A stretch of DNA of 54,085 bases, filler included, from Squatina squatina (taxonomy: Eukaryota), in assembly GCA_031763465.1 (NCBI GenBank). It is 3 parts of 3 records of this genome, joined end to end, with 100 filler letters (N's around TTAATTAATTAA, not from the genome) between each part and the next. Parts side by side here need not be neighbours in the genome. Positions count along the whole stretch, not along the records: positions 13,961 to 40,178 come from JARFOE010000168.1; 2 more parts are not named here. The stretch is one strand, 5' to 3'. A model generated the notes under the pieces. The model had not been told where the DNA came from, ran no database searches, and saw only the letters and a list, made by a program, of their open reading frames with translations. Shown one piece after another: positions 23,217 through 34,900 of this stretch (the first letter of the stretch is position 1; each line of letters opens with the position of its first letter). Both the position numbers and the translations under genes were made by a program.

Positions 23217-26106
23217 ACTTCATTGGCTGGAAACACTTTGGGAGGTGAAAGCCCCGATATAAATGGAAGTTCTTTCAAGTCTTCCATTATGTGAACCCAG
23301 ATCACTAATAAATGTGAACTTTCCTTTGTAAGTGATTCCTTGGACACCTGATAGTCTTCTAAAGCAATTGTTTCGGAGCCAAAACAAACACAAGTGTCGA
23401 TAGTGGGAAGCCTGGGGCAGTGTGGCAACCTATTTAATAAACGTCGGAGCGAATCCAAGCCATCAGAGCCTAAGGAACAAATAGCCTCATTCTTCCCGAC
23501 CATTTGACACCTGGAGAAGCAGTAAATAGCAGGTTCTTTTTGGTTATTTGCATCTTTCCGAACATGTGAAATACACCGCCTGAAATCTGATTACTGCAAA
23601 CCAAACAGAGCAGTGTGCTTTTTTCCCTTTTAGCCTTGTGGCTAGTTGTTTAACTAATAAACCATTTGACCTCTGGCAGAGATAGCCTCTAAGTTCTTTT
23701 TTTTGGAAAAAAAGGGGATCCTAATGCTTTAAAGAGAATAAAATAAAGTGAAATAAAAGTGGCCCCCTTGGTAAATAATCTGTGAAGCCTGGGCCTAAGG
23801 GAGCAAGTTCTTTAACTCGTAGCTTCCAGTTTTGTGACCTTACTGATATCTCAAGGACTTCACAGGTAGGCTCCTTAGTTACGGGCACTACTGTGACAAT
23901 TGGAGTGCGGGCTGTGTATTTTTTGGGACGGGGGGGAACAGTTCAAGTGAGTCAGTTAAAAAGATTGAAGTGGGAGCTTCTGAATCGCACTCCTGTCCGT
24001 ATCCCTTGCTTGAGGAACTCTGTAAGGCTAGCTCCCACCACCAGACTCACTCCTGTATGTGTAAATTAGAGGCTTCAATGTTGAATGCCTTTGACTCAGC
24101 CAGGAAGGGATGACCATAAGTCGTCCTCCAAAGATAGGCCAGACAGCTCCCAGAAAAATAAAACTGCTGCACCACAGTTTTTATTTGTCTTTCCATCGGC
24201 TTCCTGTATGGAAATCCAAATGTTTCTGAATGTATTTTAAAGCAGAAGATGCTGGTTGGATGTCAGAAAATATTCAAAAAATTATGAAAACTGATGGGAA
24301 AATATTCAGCTGCCTGCTGCACCTTGAGTTCAGAGACTGCAAACTCTGCTAGCTTAGATAAACATGGGGTTTGAAAGGCTCCAGTGAAACTATGGGGAAT
24401 TGTGCACAGTTTTGTTGCAGTTTGAAATACAAAGTTTATGAAAAGCGACAGTCAAAATACATGAGTCCTTTTGAGGACGAAAGGAGCTTTACACTATATC
24501 TCCCCTCTTTAAATCCCCTCAACTGGCACACACCAGACTACAGTGGGATAGTTAGCACCCAGTACTGACCCACGATTGGGAAAAGCTTCTGGTGATTCAG
24601 CTCCCTTCCTGTGGGAAAATTGTCTCACCTCCACTTGCTGTTTCTACCAGAAGAAATGTATCATCACCACCAAGGCTTGACCCAAAGGGGCTATTTTACT
24701 CTCAGAGTAGCAACTGTTTCCATGACACCTAACTTTATATTTTCTTATGAAGCAACAAACCTGCCTCTCATTCTCATCAATGAGGTTTGTTGAGTAAAAA
24801 AAGCAATCCGATTGTTCCAATTCGGCGTTTTCTTCAGGGATCAGTACAAGACTTAGTCACAGACAGAGCATTTTGTTTCTCAGTGCTGAGGTCTTGTCCG
24901 GTCATTTCTGTCAGTNNNNNNNNNNNNNNNNNNNNNNNNNNNNNNNNNNNNNNNNNNNNNNNNNNNNNNNNNNNNNNNNNNNNNNNNNNNNNNNNNNNNN
25001 NNNNNNNNNNNNNNNTGTGCATTTAATTTTTTCTAAGCTCTCAATTCTATGACACACTCGCTGTTCAGGTTCATGGATGAGGAATGTGTGCGGTACCAGA
25101 CAGTTACCATTACCTGTGAGGCTATATCCCATCGTGCATTTCTACCTTTGAGAGAGTGTGGTTGGGGGAGCCAATCGGAGGAGGAGGAGGAAAAGGAAGG
25201 ATATAATCTGGGTTTGAAAGGCCACAAAGAAACTGAGTGCACAAATGACATAAAAGCCTCAATTAACATTCCGTTATTGTTATGTGAGACGTTCCCTATA
25301 AGGGTATTTTGGGAGCCATACATAAAGTGTGTGGTGGGGATAGCTATGAATAAAGGAGGGAGTCGTAAACACCGTGTGATATATCAATGAGTGCTACAGC
25401 CTGAAACTAGAAGTATTTGAAGTGTTTATTAAATGTAGTTTATACCTGACAGAAATGTAAAATTATAGTTATTTATTCCCCCCCAAAATTCCCTAAATCT
25501 ACTCCTGACGTCATGGGATGGCTCAACCAAAGATCTGTTTGAGAGTCACTTGAGAAGTCATCCAGCTTTGTGTGTACATGTACACACTGCAGAACACGGG
25601 AGACTGAATCAAACAAGGTCTGATTTTTGGACTGTCTAAGAATACAAGTAAAACCTGCTCTGTTTTTAAATGACTGGCGAGGGTGTTTATTTTGCCCAAC
25701 GTACCATGTGTATGGAAGCCAGGTGGGTGGCGACAGTTGGTGGGAGTTAGATGTGGAGGATTAGGTTGTGGCCCTTGGCCATTCCAATGCGCGTCTGACC
25801 CTTGGCTTTGTGGTGGTTCCAATTGGACATTGTAATCCATCTGACCCCCGGGGTTGACTTTGAAGGAGCGCTCATCCATGTTATCTCCCTCGCCCAACCC
25901 TCCCCAGATAGTGCCCGTGGGTAGCGACAGTTAGTATAAGCTGGGAATCCAATTTGGACTCAGTCCTCTGCTTCGTTGTGAAGTATCTGAAATAGTCTTT
26001 TTAATANNNNNNNNNNNNNNNNNNNNNNNNNNNNNNNNNNNNNNNNNNNNNNNNNNNNNNNNNNNNNNNNNNNNNNNNNNNNNNNNNNNNNNNNNNNNNN
26101 NNNNNN

Positions 26107-26163
26107 AAAGCGCTTTGGGATGTCCTGAAGTCATGAAAGACGCTATATAAATGCGAGACTTTA
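26107..26163 (+). mobile_element. Deu-domain SINE 3' tail
   Basis: AAAGCGCTTTGGGATGTCCTGAAGTCATGAAAGACGCTATATAAATGCGAG. Confidence 0.75.
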
Positions 26164-26834
26164 TTACTGGAGGTGTTTTGAGAAAACAGCAAATAAAAGA
26201 AATTCAGATAAACCTGTTAAATGTTCGTGTGTGATTATCCCACTGTATAATTTCTGGAGCATCTTTCAAAAAAAAACTGACTTTAAAGAGATGCCAAATA
26301 TTTCTGCAGCCATTTCTCATGGGCACATAGCTTTGGGCAGCATTCCATAGAGCCACTGTCTGATTAGACTGTATCCCGAGTCATCTATTTATGTCATAAC
26401 TATGGATACAACTGACCTTGAGAGGCAGTGCACACCCTTTCCCACGCTACCCAGAGTACATGTCCTACAGGCTCCTTTCTGTGAAGTCATATTCATTTGG
26501 AACTTTCAGTTCCACCACACTGCATTTTCTTTTAATGTTAAAACTAGGTGGTGGGGAGGAGAAGATGTGTAATGTGTCAGTCTGGCTTCAGAATGATAGT
26601 GTACAGAAATCACTCTGTTCAGATGGCCAGGAGATTAGATTTTAAACAAAATCCTGCCGTGCATCACGAGAAGTTTGTTGCATTTTTTTTTCAGAAGATT
26701 GGCACCATTTCAAGTAGGACGTTGATTCAGATGAGAGAATTCAATTTATATAAGCCCAAAAATCATCAAGGTGGGGGTAAAATATTCCCTCTTGACAGAG
26801 CAGTGGATCTATGTAGCGGGCTCCCAACAACAAT

Positions 26835-27210
26835 TTGTATTTAGATGGCTCCTCCAACATAGTAAAACGTCCCAGAGCACTTCCAAGGAGCGTTATCAGA
26901 CAAAATTTGCCACCGTCCAACATAAGGAGAAATTGGGCAGATGATCGAGAGCTCGGTCAAAGAGGTCGGTTTTAAGGAACATCTTAAAGAGGAGAGAGAG
27001 GTGGAGAGGCGGAGAGGTTTAGGGAGGGAGATCCAGAGCTTAGGACCCAGGCAACAGAAGGCACGGCCACCGGAGGAGGAGCGATTAAAATTGGGAATGT
27101 GCAAGAGGCCTGAATTGGAGGGTTGTAGGACTGCAAGAGGTCGCAGAGATAGGGAGAGTTGAGGCTATGGAGGGATTTGAAAACAGGCACAAGAATTTTA
27201 AAATTGAGGC
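26835..27210 (-). mobile_element. L2 LINE 3' end
   Basis: Minus-strand LNFKILVPVFKSLHSLNSPYLCDLLQSYNP and GGRAFCCLGPKLWISLPKPLRLSTSLSS..LK, followed by an L2-type 3' UTR. Confidence 0.88.
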
Positions 27211-27569
27211 NNNNNNNNNNNNNNNNNNNNNNNNNNNNNNNNNNNNNNNNNNNNNNNNNNNNNNNNNNNNNNNNNNNNNNNNNNNNNNNNNNNNNNNNNN
27301 NNNNNNNNNNGTTCCAGGAGCTGATCAATTGCTTTGACCTGACATAGCGAGAAAACTCAGTCCGTCCTGGAGCTCTGAGTAGCCCTCCGAACATAACAAT
27401 CAGCTCAGGCAACCTACCTCGATCAGCTATCGTTCACCGCACCAACCAGCAAGGACAAGCCCCCCCCACTCTGCCCAGAGAAAACCCAAAGCTTCGGGAG
27501 TCCAAAACTACCAGACGTCTCCCACTAAACTATTCGAATCTTTGACAGAAAGATCCTGATCACGTGCCC

Positions 27570-27765
27570 CAAAAAGCTGTTGAGACTGGGGGTCGAGCCA
27601 ATTAATAATTTCAAAACTGCGATTGGTAGGTTTTAGTTAGGTAAGGGTATTGAGGGCTAAGGACCACGGGCAGATGGAGTTAGGATACAGATCAGCCATG
27701 ATCTCATTGAATGATGGAACAGACTCGAGGGGCTGAATGGCCTATTCAAGTTTCTCTGTTCCTCT
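27570..27765 (+). mobile_element. CR1 LINE 3' end
   Basis: TTTCAAAACTGCGATTGGTAGGTTTT...GATCAGCCATGATCTCATTGAATGATGGAACAGACTCGAGGGGCTGAATGGCCTA. Confidence 0.8.
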
Positions 27766-28254
27766 GTGGATGAAATTGTGTGGGGTACATTAATTCTCTT
27801 TGATCTTAGCAAGTGCCAAGCAGGGACTTACTGGTCCATGTAACAAATGTACTTTTATACTCCAGTCACATTCCACGTACCACACAATACCTGTGTGTAA
27901 TAGTAATTAGTGTTTCCTTATGCCGTCAAGATTGACAAAAGCTTCCAAGGTTAAACACCTACTGGCCAGGACATTGAGATACTATCTTACAATAACATTG
28001 AGACATTTTTGCCAGTCAGTACTTGTTGAGCTGTTTTTATTTGGTAAAGAATATCCTCTACAGCCTTGAGCTCTTNNNNNNNNNNNNNNNNNNNNNNNNN
28101 NNNNNNNNNNNNNNNNNNNNNNNNNNNNNNNNNNNNNNNNNNNNNNNNNNNNNNNNNNNNNNNNNNNNNNNNNNNGATCGCTTGCTACAATTGGTCAACA
28201 ACTCCAGTATCATTGTATCATGGGACTACCAGGATTGTAGAAAGTGAACAGGAC

Positions 28255-28552
28255 CATTGAAGAATTTGCCAATTTATAATAATTAGCAAAAGCACTCAAG
28301 GGGAAATGAGAAGAAATTTCTTCACACCAAGGGTTGTTGTGAAATGGAATGTGCTGCCTGAAGGGGTGGAATCAGATTCCATAGGAACTTTCTAAAGGCA
28401 ATTGAACATGTACTTGAAGGGGATTAATTTGCAGGGCGATGGGGAAAGAGCGGGGAAGTGGGACTAATTGGAGAGCTGTTTCACAGACCCGGCACAGGCA
28501 CAGGCAGGACGGGCCGAGCGGTCTCCCACTGCGCTGTATCATTCTATGATTG
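28255..28552 (+). mobile_element. CR1 LINE 3' end
   Basis: GEMRRNFFTPRVVVKWNVLPEGV motif followed by a CR1 3' UTR ending GCTGTATCATTCTATGATT. Confidence 0.8.
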
Positions 28553-29827
28553 CATGAGCATAAGCTATATGGAGTAGGACATCTGCTGAGGGCCTCATGT
28601 GAAGTGGAGGTAGGTCAGATCAAGAGCACTACTGACCTCAACTAAAGGGACTGTTAGAGTTTAACAGGACTGTTCTCCCGCACCCTCCTTCCCAAACACT
28701 TATTTGCAAAAGCACACTTGCTCAGTGATTGCAAGGCAAACACAGCATGGTTGAGGAAACTAAGTTTGTGCACTTAAGGGAGGTAAACCCAGTTTGAGAT
28801 TGAGCAGTGAAGAAAGATGGTTGAATGGGTAAATCAATTAGCAATCAAATAACCCTAAAACGATTTATCTAATCAACACAGACCACTTGTAAACAGTTTG
28901 CTGGGTTAATTGTGCATTTGAGACACAATGGGACGGTTCAACATAGACTCAATTACAAGAGACAGAACAGGAGACAGCTCCACTGGGGCCCCCACTCACT
29001 CCAAAGGTAAATAGCGATTAAATGGCACCATCCTGATTGAAGACTGCAAATAAATTTACCTTTGATAAGCGAATTTGATCAGAAATCACACAGGATATCA
29101 CCAATTGGGTGTTGCTTATATAAATTCAATGTCCACTCCTTGTCCAGTTCAGATTGTGGTCAAGATGATTAGAGTTAATCCACTGATTAGAGTTAACTCA
29201 TTAATTAGAATTAGCCCATTCTGTAACCCTTCATTCATCCCATTTGCAACATCTAACCATTCTATATCCACATACAGTGTGGGGCAAGTGTTCCCACAGT
29301 GCTGGCGGACACTCAGAATGCTTATCAAGGTAGAACATGGGTAACATGCATAAGTTGGAAGGAGTGGGGGAAAGGGAGAACACTGAAGGCATGGGTAAGN
29401 NNNNNNNNNNNNNNNNNNNNNNNNNNNNNNNNNNNNNNNNNNNNNNNNNNNNNNNNNNNNNNNNNNNNNNNNNNNNNNNNNNNNNNNNNNNNNNNNNNNA
29501 TGCCTAAAAGATATTAAGAACTTACAAGCTTTATAAAAAAATCAGTGGCTTGTCAGGGAAGAGAGAAAAACTGAATATCCTTGTAGAAGGAAAGACTTCT
29601 ATGCATAAGATGCATGAGATCATGAGCTCAAAATCTATCTTCAAACAATCCATATGCGCAACCCAGTGCCAAAGACAGTATGTACGCCTAGACAGTGTCT
29701 AGACAGTACCTATGTGGGCAATCAGTGATACAGCTTTGTTGCTTCATTTAATTATAAGAGCAACGCTAAGTTTGCTCAAATCAATTTAACCAGCATTCAA
29801 GTATTTTGCTTGTTAGCATGTTTGCTT

Positions 29828-29867
29828 TATATATATATATATATATATGTGTATCTATATATATATA
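29828..29867. repeat. (AT)n microsatellite, in the putative FAM20C 3' UTR
   Basis: Interrupted TATATA run, directly visible. Confidence 0.9.
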
Positions 29868-30153
29868 TTTTAACAATTTTCTTCTGTTTGGGATTGCACA
29901 CTCCTACCTGTTCAATATTCACATCTCAGGACTGGATATCGTCGAGAAAAACAAATAAATGCTTTAACTTAGAAACTTTAATTATAATACTCTGGGATGG
30001 AGTCTATACTTTACATATTCGGGAACAAGTACATCTCTGTTCTGAATTCACTGAATTCAAAAGTTAACATAAATAGCCAGTCTCTGCAAGACTTTCCATT
30101 TCTCACTTACACCAGTAAAAAACAAAGAGAGCGAGGAGGTCACCGTCCCTCTA

Positions 30154-30298
30154 CTACCTATTGGTCGCGATTGAATTGATATTGTAGTCTGTGTCATTCG
30201 TCACCACACTGCTGTGCCCCTCCTTTTCCACGCAGTCACTGACGGCCTTTAAAATGATTCGTAACCTCCTGTCCAAGGCCTTCAAGTGCGACTCTATT
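30154..30298 (-). CDS. FAM20C: FAM20C (Golgi casein kinase) last coding exon, 3' part
   Basis: [47 protein letters not shown] resembles the human C-terminus [25 protein letters not shown]. It ends in a tandem TAG TAG, and the 5' part is in the gap. Confidence 0.9.
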
Positions 30299-30414
30299 NN
30301 NNNNNNNNNNNNNNNNNNNNNNNNNNNNNNNNNNNNNNNNNNNNNNNNNNNNNNNNNNNNNNNNNNNNNNNNNNNNNNNNNNNNNNNNNNNNNNNNNNAC
30401 GTTCCACCTCCCTT

Positions 30415-30650
30415 CATCTAACCCCATCAACATAACCTTCTATTCCTTTTTCCCGCATCTGTTTATCAAGCTTCCCCTTAAATGCATCTATACTATTGGC
30501 TTCAACCACTGCCTGTGGCAGCGCATTCCACATTCTCATCACTCTCCGGATAAAGAAGTTTCTCCTGAACTCCCTATTGGATTCATTAACGACGATCTTA
30601 TATTTATGGTCCCTAATTCTGGTCCCTCCCCTCAAGTGGAAACATCTTCT
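30415..30650 (-). mobile_element. CR1 LINE 3' region
   Basis: TRIRDHKYKIVVNESNREFRRNFFIRRVMRMWNALPQAVVEANSIDAFKGKLDKQMREKGIEGY. Confidence 0.88.
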
Positions 30651-30906
30651 CTTCTTCTTAGGCAGTCCCTCGGGGTCGAGGATGACTTGCTTCCACTCCG
30701 GTGTTGTGGGTTCTGAGGTGACTAAATAGTCCGATACTGGATCCGCAAACTCTACCACAGCTGGGGCAGGTGGTGTTTGATGGGGCGAATGGGTGGGATG
30801 CTCGGGTTTCCGTACGCTCCTTCCGCTGCCTGCGCTTGGCCTCCACGTGCTCCTGCCGGAGAAGCTCGAAGTGGTTGGCGCCTTCGCGGACACTTCTCGT
30901 CCAGTT
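30651..30906 (-). mobile_element. RTE LINE 3' end, inserted into CR1
   Basis: REGANHFELLRQEHVEAKRRQRKER...CPSCGRVCGSSIGLFSHLRTH with a (GAA)n tail; highly similar to 21946-22190. Confidence 0.88.
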
Positions 30907-30952
30907 ACATAGAAACATAGAAACATAGAAAATAGGTGCAGGAGTAGGCCAT
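30907..30952 (-). mobile_element. CR1 (HER1/HE1-type) 3' tail truncating the RTE
   Basis: (ACATAGAA)3 AATAGGTGCAGGAGTAGGCCAT. Confidence 0.85.
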
Positions 30953-31546
30953 NNNNNNNNNNNNNNNNNNNNNNNNNNNNNNNNNNNNNNNNNNNNNNNN
31001 NNNNNNNNNNNNNNNNNNNNNNNNNNNNNNNNNNNNNNNNNNNNNNNNNNNNAAATGTCTTATTATTTTATTTAAAATACTTTATAATGCAATTTGGAGA
31101 AATTTACAAAGTGCTCTCAGCTGCCAGTACTTGTTACTAAGCTTATCTGGTCCACAATCTCAGCGAACTCACTTTAAGGTGCGCACATAATGGTATTCCA
31201 TTCTAAGTGTCAGTTGGCATCTCTTCTTTGAGACATCAACCTTTATTTGGTTGGACTGGCTAGTCCAAGAGAGCACATCAACGCCCATCCTCCACACTCT
31301 CGCAGTTCTTATTAGAGGTAATGATCTCAGGCAAGGAATAATCTTCAATGAGGGATCCATAATCTCAGAATCGCATCCTCCGAGGTACAATCACTTCCAA
31401 TTTATTTCATTACAGCCCCGCTGACAAAGACAGATTACATTCACTGCACTTCGTGATCTTGAGACACTGGGGAAAACTCTAATTGCAAAAAAAATGAAAG
31501 GGCAAAGAAATACACTGGGTGGAATTCAAATAGAAAGTTTCCGTAC

Positions 31547-31719
31547 CTACACTGGAGATCCGCTGGGTCACCAGATCCCCCAGCAAAGCCTCGATCACAG
31601 GATTGTAGCGAGAATATAACTCATAACGGTTTATCCCGATGTGAAACTTTAACCAGTTGGGGTACGAGTCTATGGGGGTGTCCCCGGTCGGGACAAGGTC
31701 ATCCTCCGCTTCGTTAGCC
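31547..31719 (-). CDS. FAM20C: FAM20C internal exon (equivalent to exon 2)
   Basis: 173 nt, TTCTCTTTCAG|G...GTAG|GTACGG. It encodes [57 protein letters not shown], matching human [30 protein letters not shown]...QRITSV. Not in the ORF track. Confidence 0.96.
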
Positions 31720-31995
31720 CTGAAAGAGAATGCATCTGTGGATCAAACCTATTGATCGAGTTGTAACTGTGCAAGGGATTGAGGTGCTGGTTGGAAGAAG
31801 GGAACTAGGGGTAACCCGGGGTTTGTTCTCTCAAAGTGAAACCACACCCAATACTTTGGAAGCATTTTTGTAATCATAGACAAAACAATAGAGGGNNNNN
31901 NNNNNNNNNNNNNNNNNNNNNNNNNNNNNNNNNNNNNNNNNNNNNNNNNNNNNNNNNNNNNNNNNNNNNNNNNNNNNNNNNNNNNNNNNNNNNNN

Positions 31996-34900
31996 ACCCA
32001 GGTGATATCACAAACCCAGGTGATACCTCACACTAGGTGCTATCTCCTTCCCAGATGATATCTTACACCCAGGTGATAAATCAGACCTAGGTGATATCTC
32101 ACATCCAGGTGATACATCAATTCAGGTGATATCTCACTCCCAGGTGATATCTGACAGCAGATGAAATCTCACATTCTGGTGGTATCTCACACCCAGGTGA
32201 TATCTGACACAGGTAATCTCTCACACTCAGGTGACATCTCGCGCCCAGGTGATATCTCACATCCAGGTGATACATCATCTCCAGGTGATATCTCACACCC
32301 TGGCGATATGTCACTCCCAGGTGATATCTCACACCAGGTGATATTTCACTCCCAGATGATATCTCAGACCCAGGTAATAACTCAGACCCAGGTGATATCT
32401 CACGTCCAGGTGACACCTCAATTCAGGTGATATCACTCTCCCAAGTGATATCTGACACCAGGTGACATCTCACACTCAGGTGGCATCTCACACCCAGGTG
32501 ATATCTTACACAGGTAATATCTCACACCCAGGTGATAGCTCACCTACAGGTGATATCCCACACCCTGGTGATATGTCACACCCAGGTGATATCTCACACC
32601 AAGTGATATCTCACATACTGATGATACCTCACAACCAGGTGATAGCTCACCTCCAGGTGATACCTCACACCCAGCTGATATCTCACATCCAGGTGATATC
32701 TCACACCCTGGTGATATCACACAACAGTTGATATCTCATATCAGGTGACATCTCACTTCAGGTGATATCACACAACAGGTGATATCTCACATCAGGTGAT
32801 ATCACACTGCCAGGTGACATCTCACAACCAGGTGATATCTCACTCCCAGGTGATATCACACAACAGTTGATATCTCATATCAGGTGATATCTCACATCAG
32901 GTGATATCACACAACAGGTGATATCTCACATCAGGTGATATCACACTGCCAGGTGACATCTCACTTCCAGGTGATATCTCACACCCGGGTGATATCGCAC
33001 AACCAGGTTATATCTCACCTCAGATACCACACAACAGGTGATATCTCACTCCCAGATGATATCTCACACCCAGGTGATATCTCACACCAGGTGATATCTC
33101 AAACCCAGGCGATATGGCACTCCCAGGTGCTATCTCACACCAGGTGATATCTCACTCCCAGCTGATCCATCACAACCAGGTCATACCTCACATCAGGTGA
33201 TATCTCTCACCCAGCTGATATCTCACAGCCAGGTGTTACNNNNNNNNNNNNNNNNNNNNNNNNNNNNNNNNNNNNNNNNNNNNNNNNNNNNNNNNNNNNN
33301 NNNNNNNNNNNNNNNNNNNNNNNNNNNNNNNNNNNNNNNCAGGTGGTATCTCACACCCAGGTGATATCTCACACCAGGTGATACCTCACAACCAGGTGAT
33401 ATCTCACAACAGATAATATCTCAGATAAGATGTTACCTCACACCCAAGTGACATCTCAGACCAGGTGCTACCTAATGCACAGGTGCTACTCACTCCCAGG
33501 TGATATCTCACACCTAGCTAATATCTCCCCCCCGGTGATATCTCACAGCCATGTGATATCTCACACCAGGTAATATCTCAGCCCCAGGTGATACCTCACA
33601 CAAGGTGTTATCTAACGCCCAGGTGATCTCTCCATCCCAGGTGATATCTCACACCCAGGTGATACCTCACACCCAGGTGATATTTCACAACCAGGTGATA
33701 TCTCACACCAAGTTATATCTCACATAAGGTGATATCTCACACCCTAGTGATATCTCAGACCAGGTGATACACAGTGCTTAGGATATATCTCACTCACAGG
33801 TGATATCTCACATCAGAGGACACCTCACTCCCAGGTGTTACCTAATGCCCAGGTGATACTTCACTCCCAGGAGATATCTCACACCCAGGTGATATCTCAC
33901 ATCCAAGTGATATCTCATAGCTAGTTGATATCTCACGTCCAGGTGATACCTCACGTCCAGGTGATATCTCACATCCAAGTGATATCTCAGGCCCAGGTGA
34001 TATCTCACATCCAGGTGATACCTCACAACCAGATGATATCTCACACCCAGGTGATACCTCACACCCAGGTAATAGCTCACACCCAGATGATATCTTACAC
34101 CCAGGTACATCTCACTCCTAGGTGATATTTCACATCCAGGTGATACCTCACACCAGGTGATATCTCACATCAGGTAAAATCTCACCACCAGGTGATATCT
34201 CACACCCAGGTGATATCTCACAGCCATGTGATATCTCACACCAGGTAATATCTCACACCAGATAATATCTCACTTAAGATGATACCTCACACACAACTGA
34301 TATCTCAGAGCAGGTGATACCTAATGCACAGGTGATATTTCACACCCAGGTGATATCTCACATCCAGGTGATATCTTACACACAGGTGATATCTCACACC
34401 CAGGTGATATCACACTCACAGGTGATATCTCACTCCCGGGGGATATCGCACACTCAGGTGATCCCACACATCAAGTGATATCTCACTTCCAGGTGATATC
34501 TCACATCAGGTGATATGTCACTTCCAGGTGATATCTCACACCAGGTAATATCTCACATAAGATGATATCTCACACCCAAGTGATATCTCAGACCAGGTGA
34601 TACGTAGTGCTTAGGTTATATCTCACTCACAGGTGATATCTCACATCAAGTGACATCTCACATCCAGGTGGTGTGTCACACCCAGGCATTATCTCATGCC
34701 CAGGTGATATCTCACTCCCAGGTGATACCTAATGCCCTGGTGATACCTCACTCCAGGAAATATCTCACACCCAGCTGATATCTCACACCCAGGTGATAAC
34801 TCACAGCTAGGTGATATCTCACAGCTAGGTGATATCTCACATCCAGGTGATACCTCACAACCAAATAATATCTTACATCCAGGTAATAGCTCACACCCAG

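Noticed and set aside
24834-24915. Possible C-terminal exon LTEMTGQDLSTEKQNALSVTKSCTDP*
   Set aside because: Unrecognised, short and truncated by a gap.
30414-30926. 170-aa ORF as a novel gene
   Set aside because: A chimera of a CR1 tail, out-of-frame RTE and CR1 ORF2.
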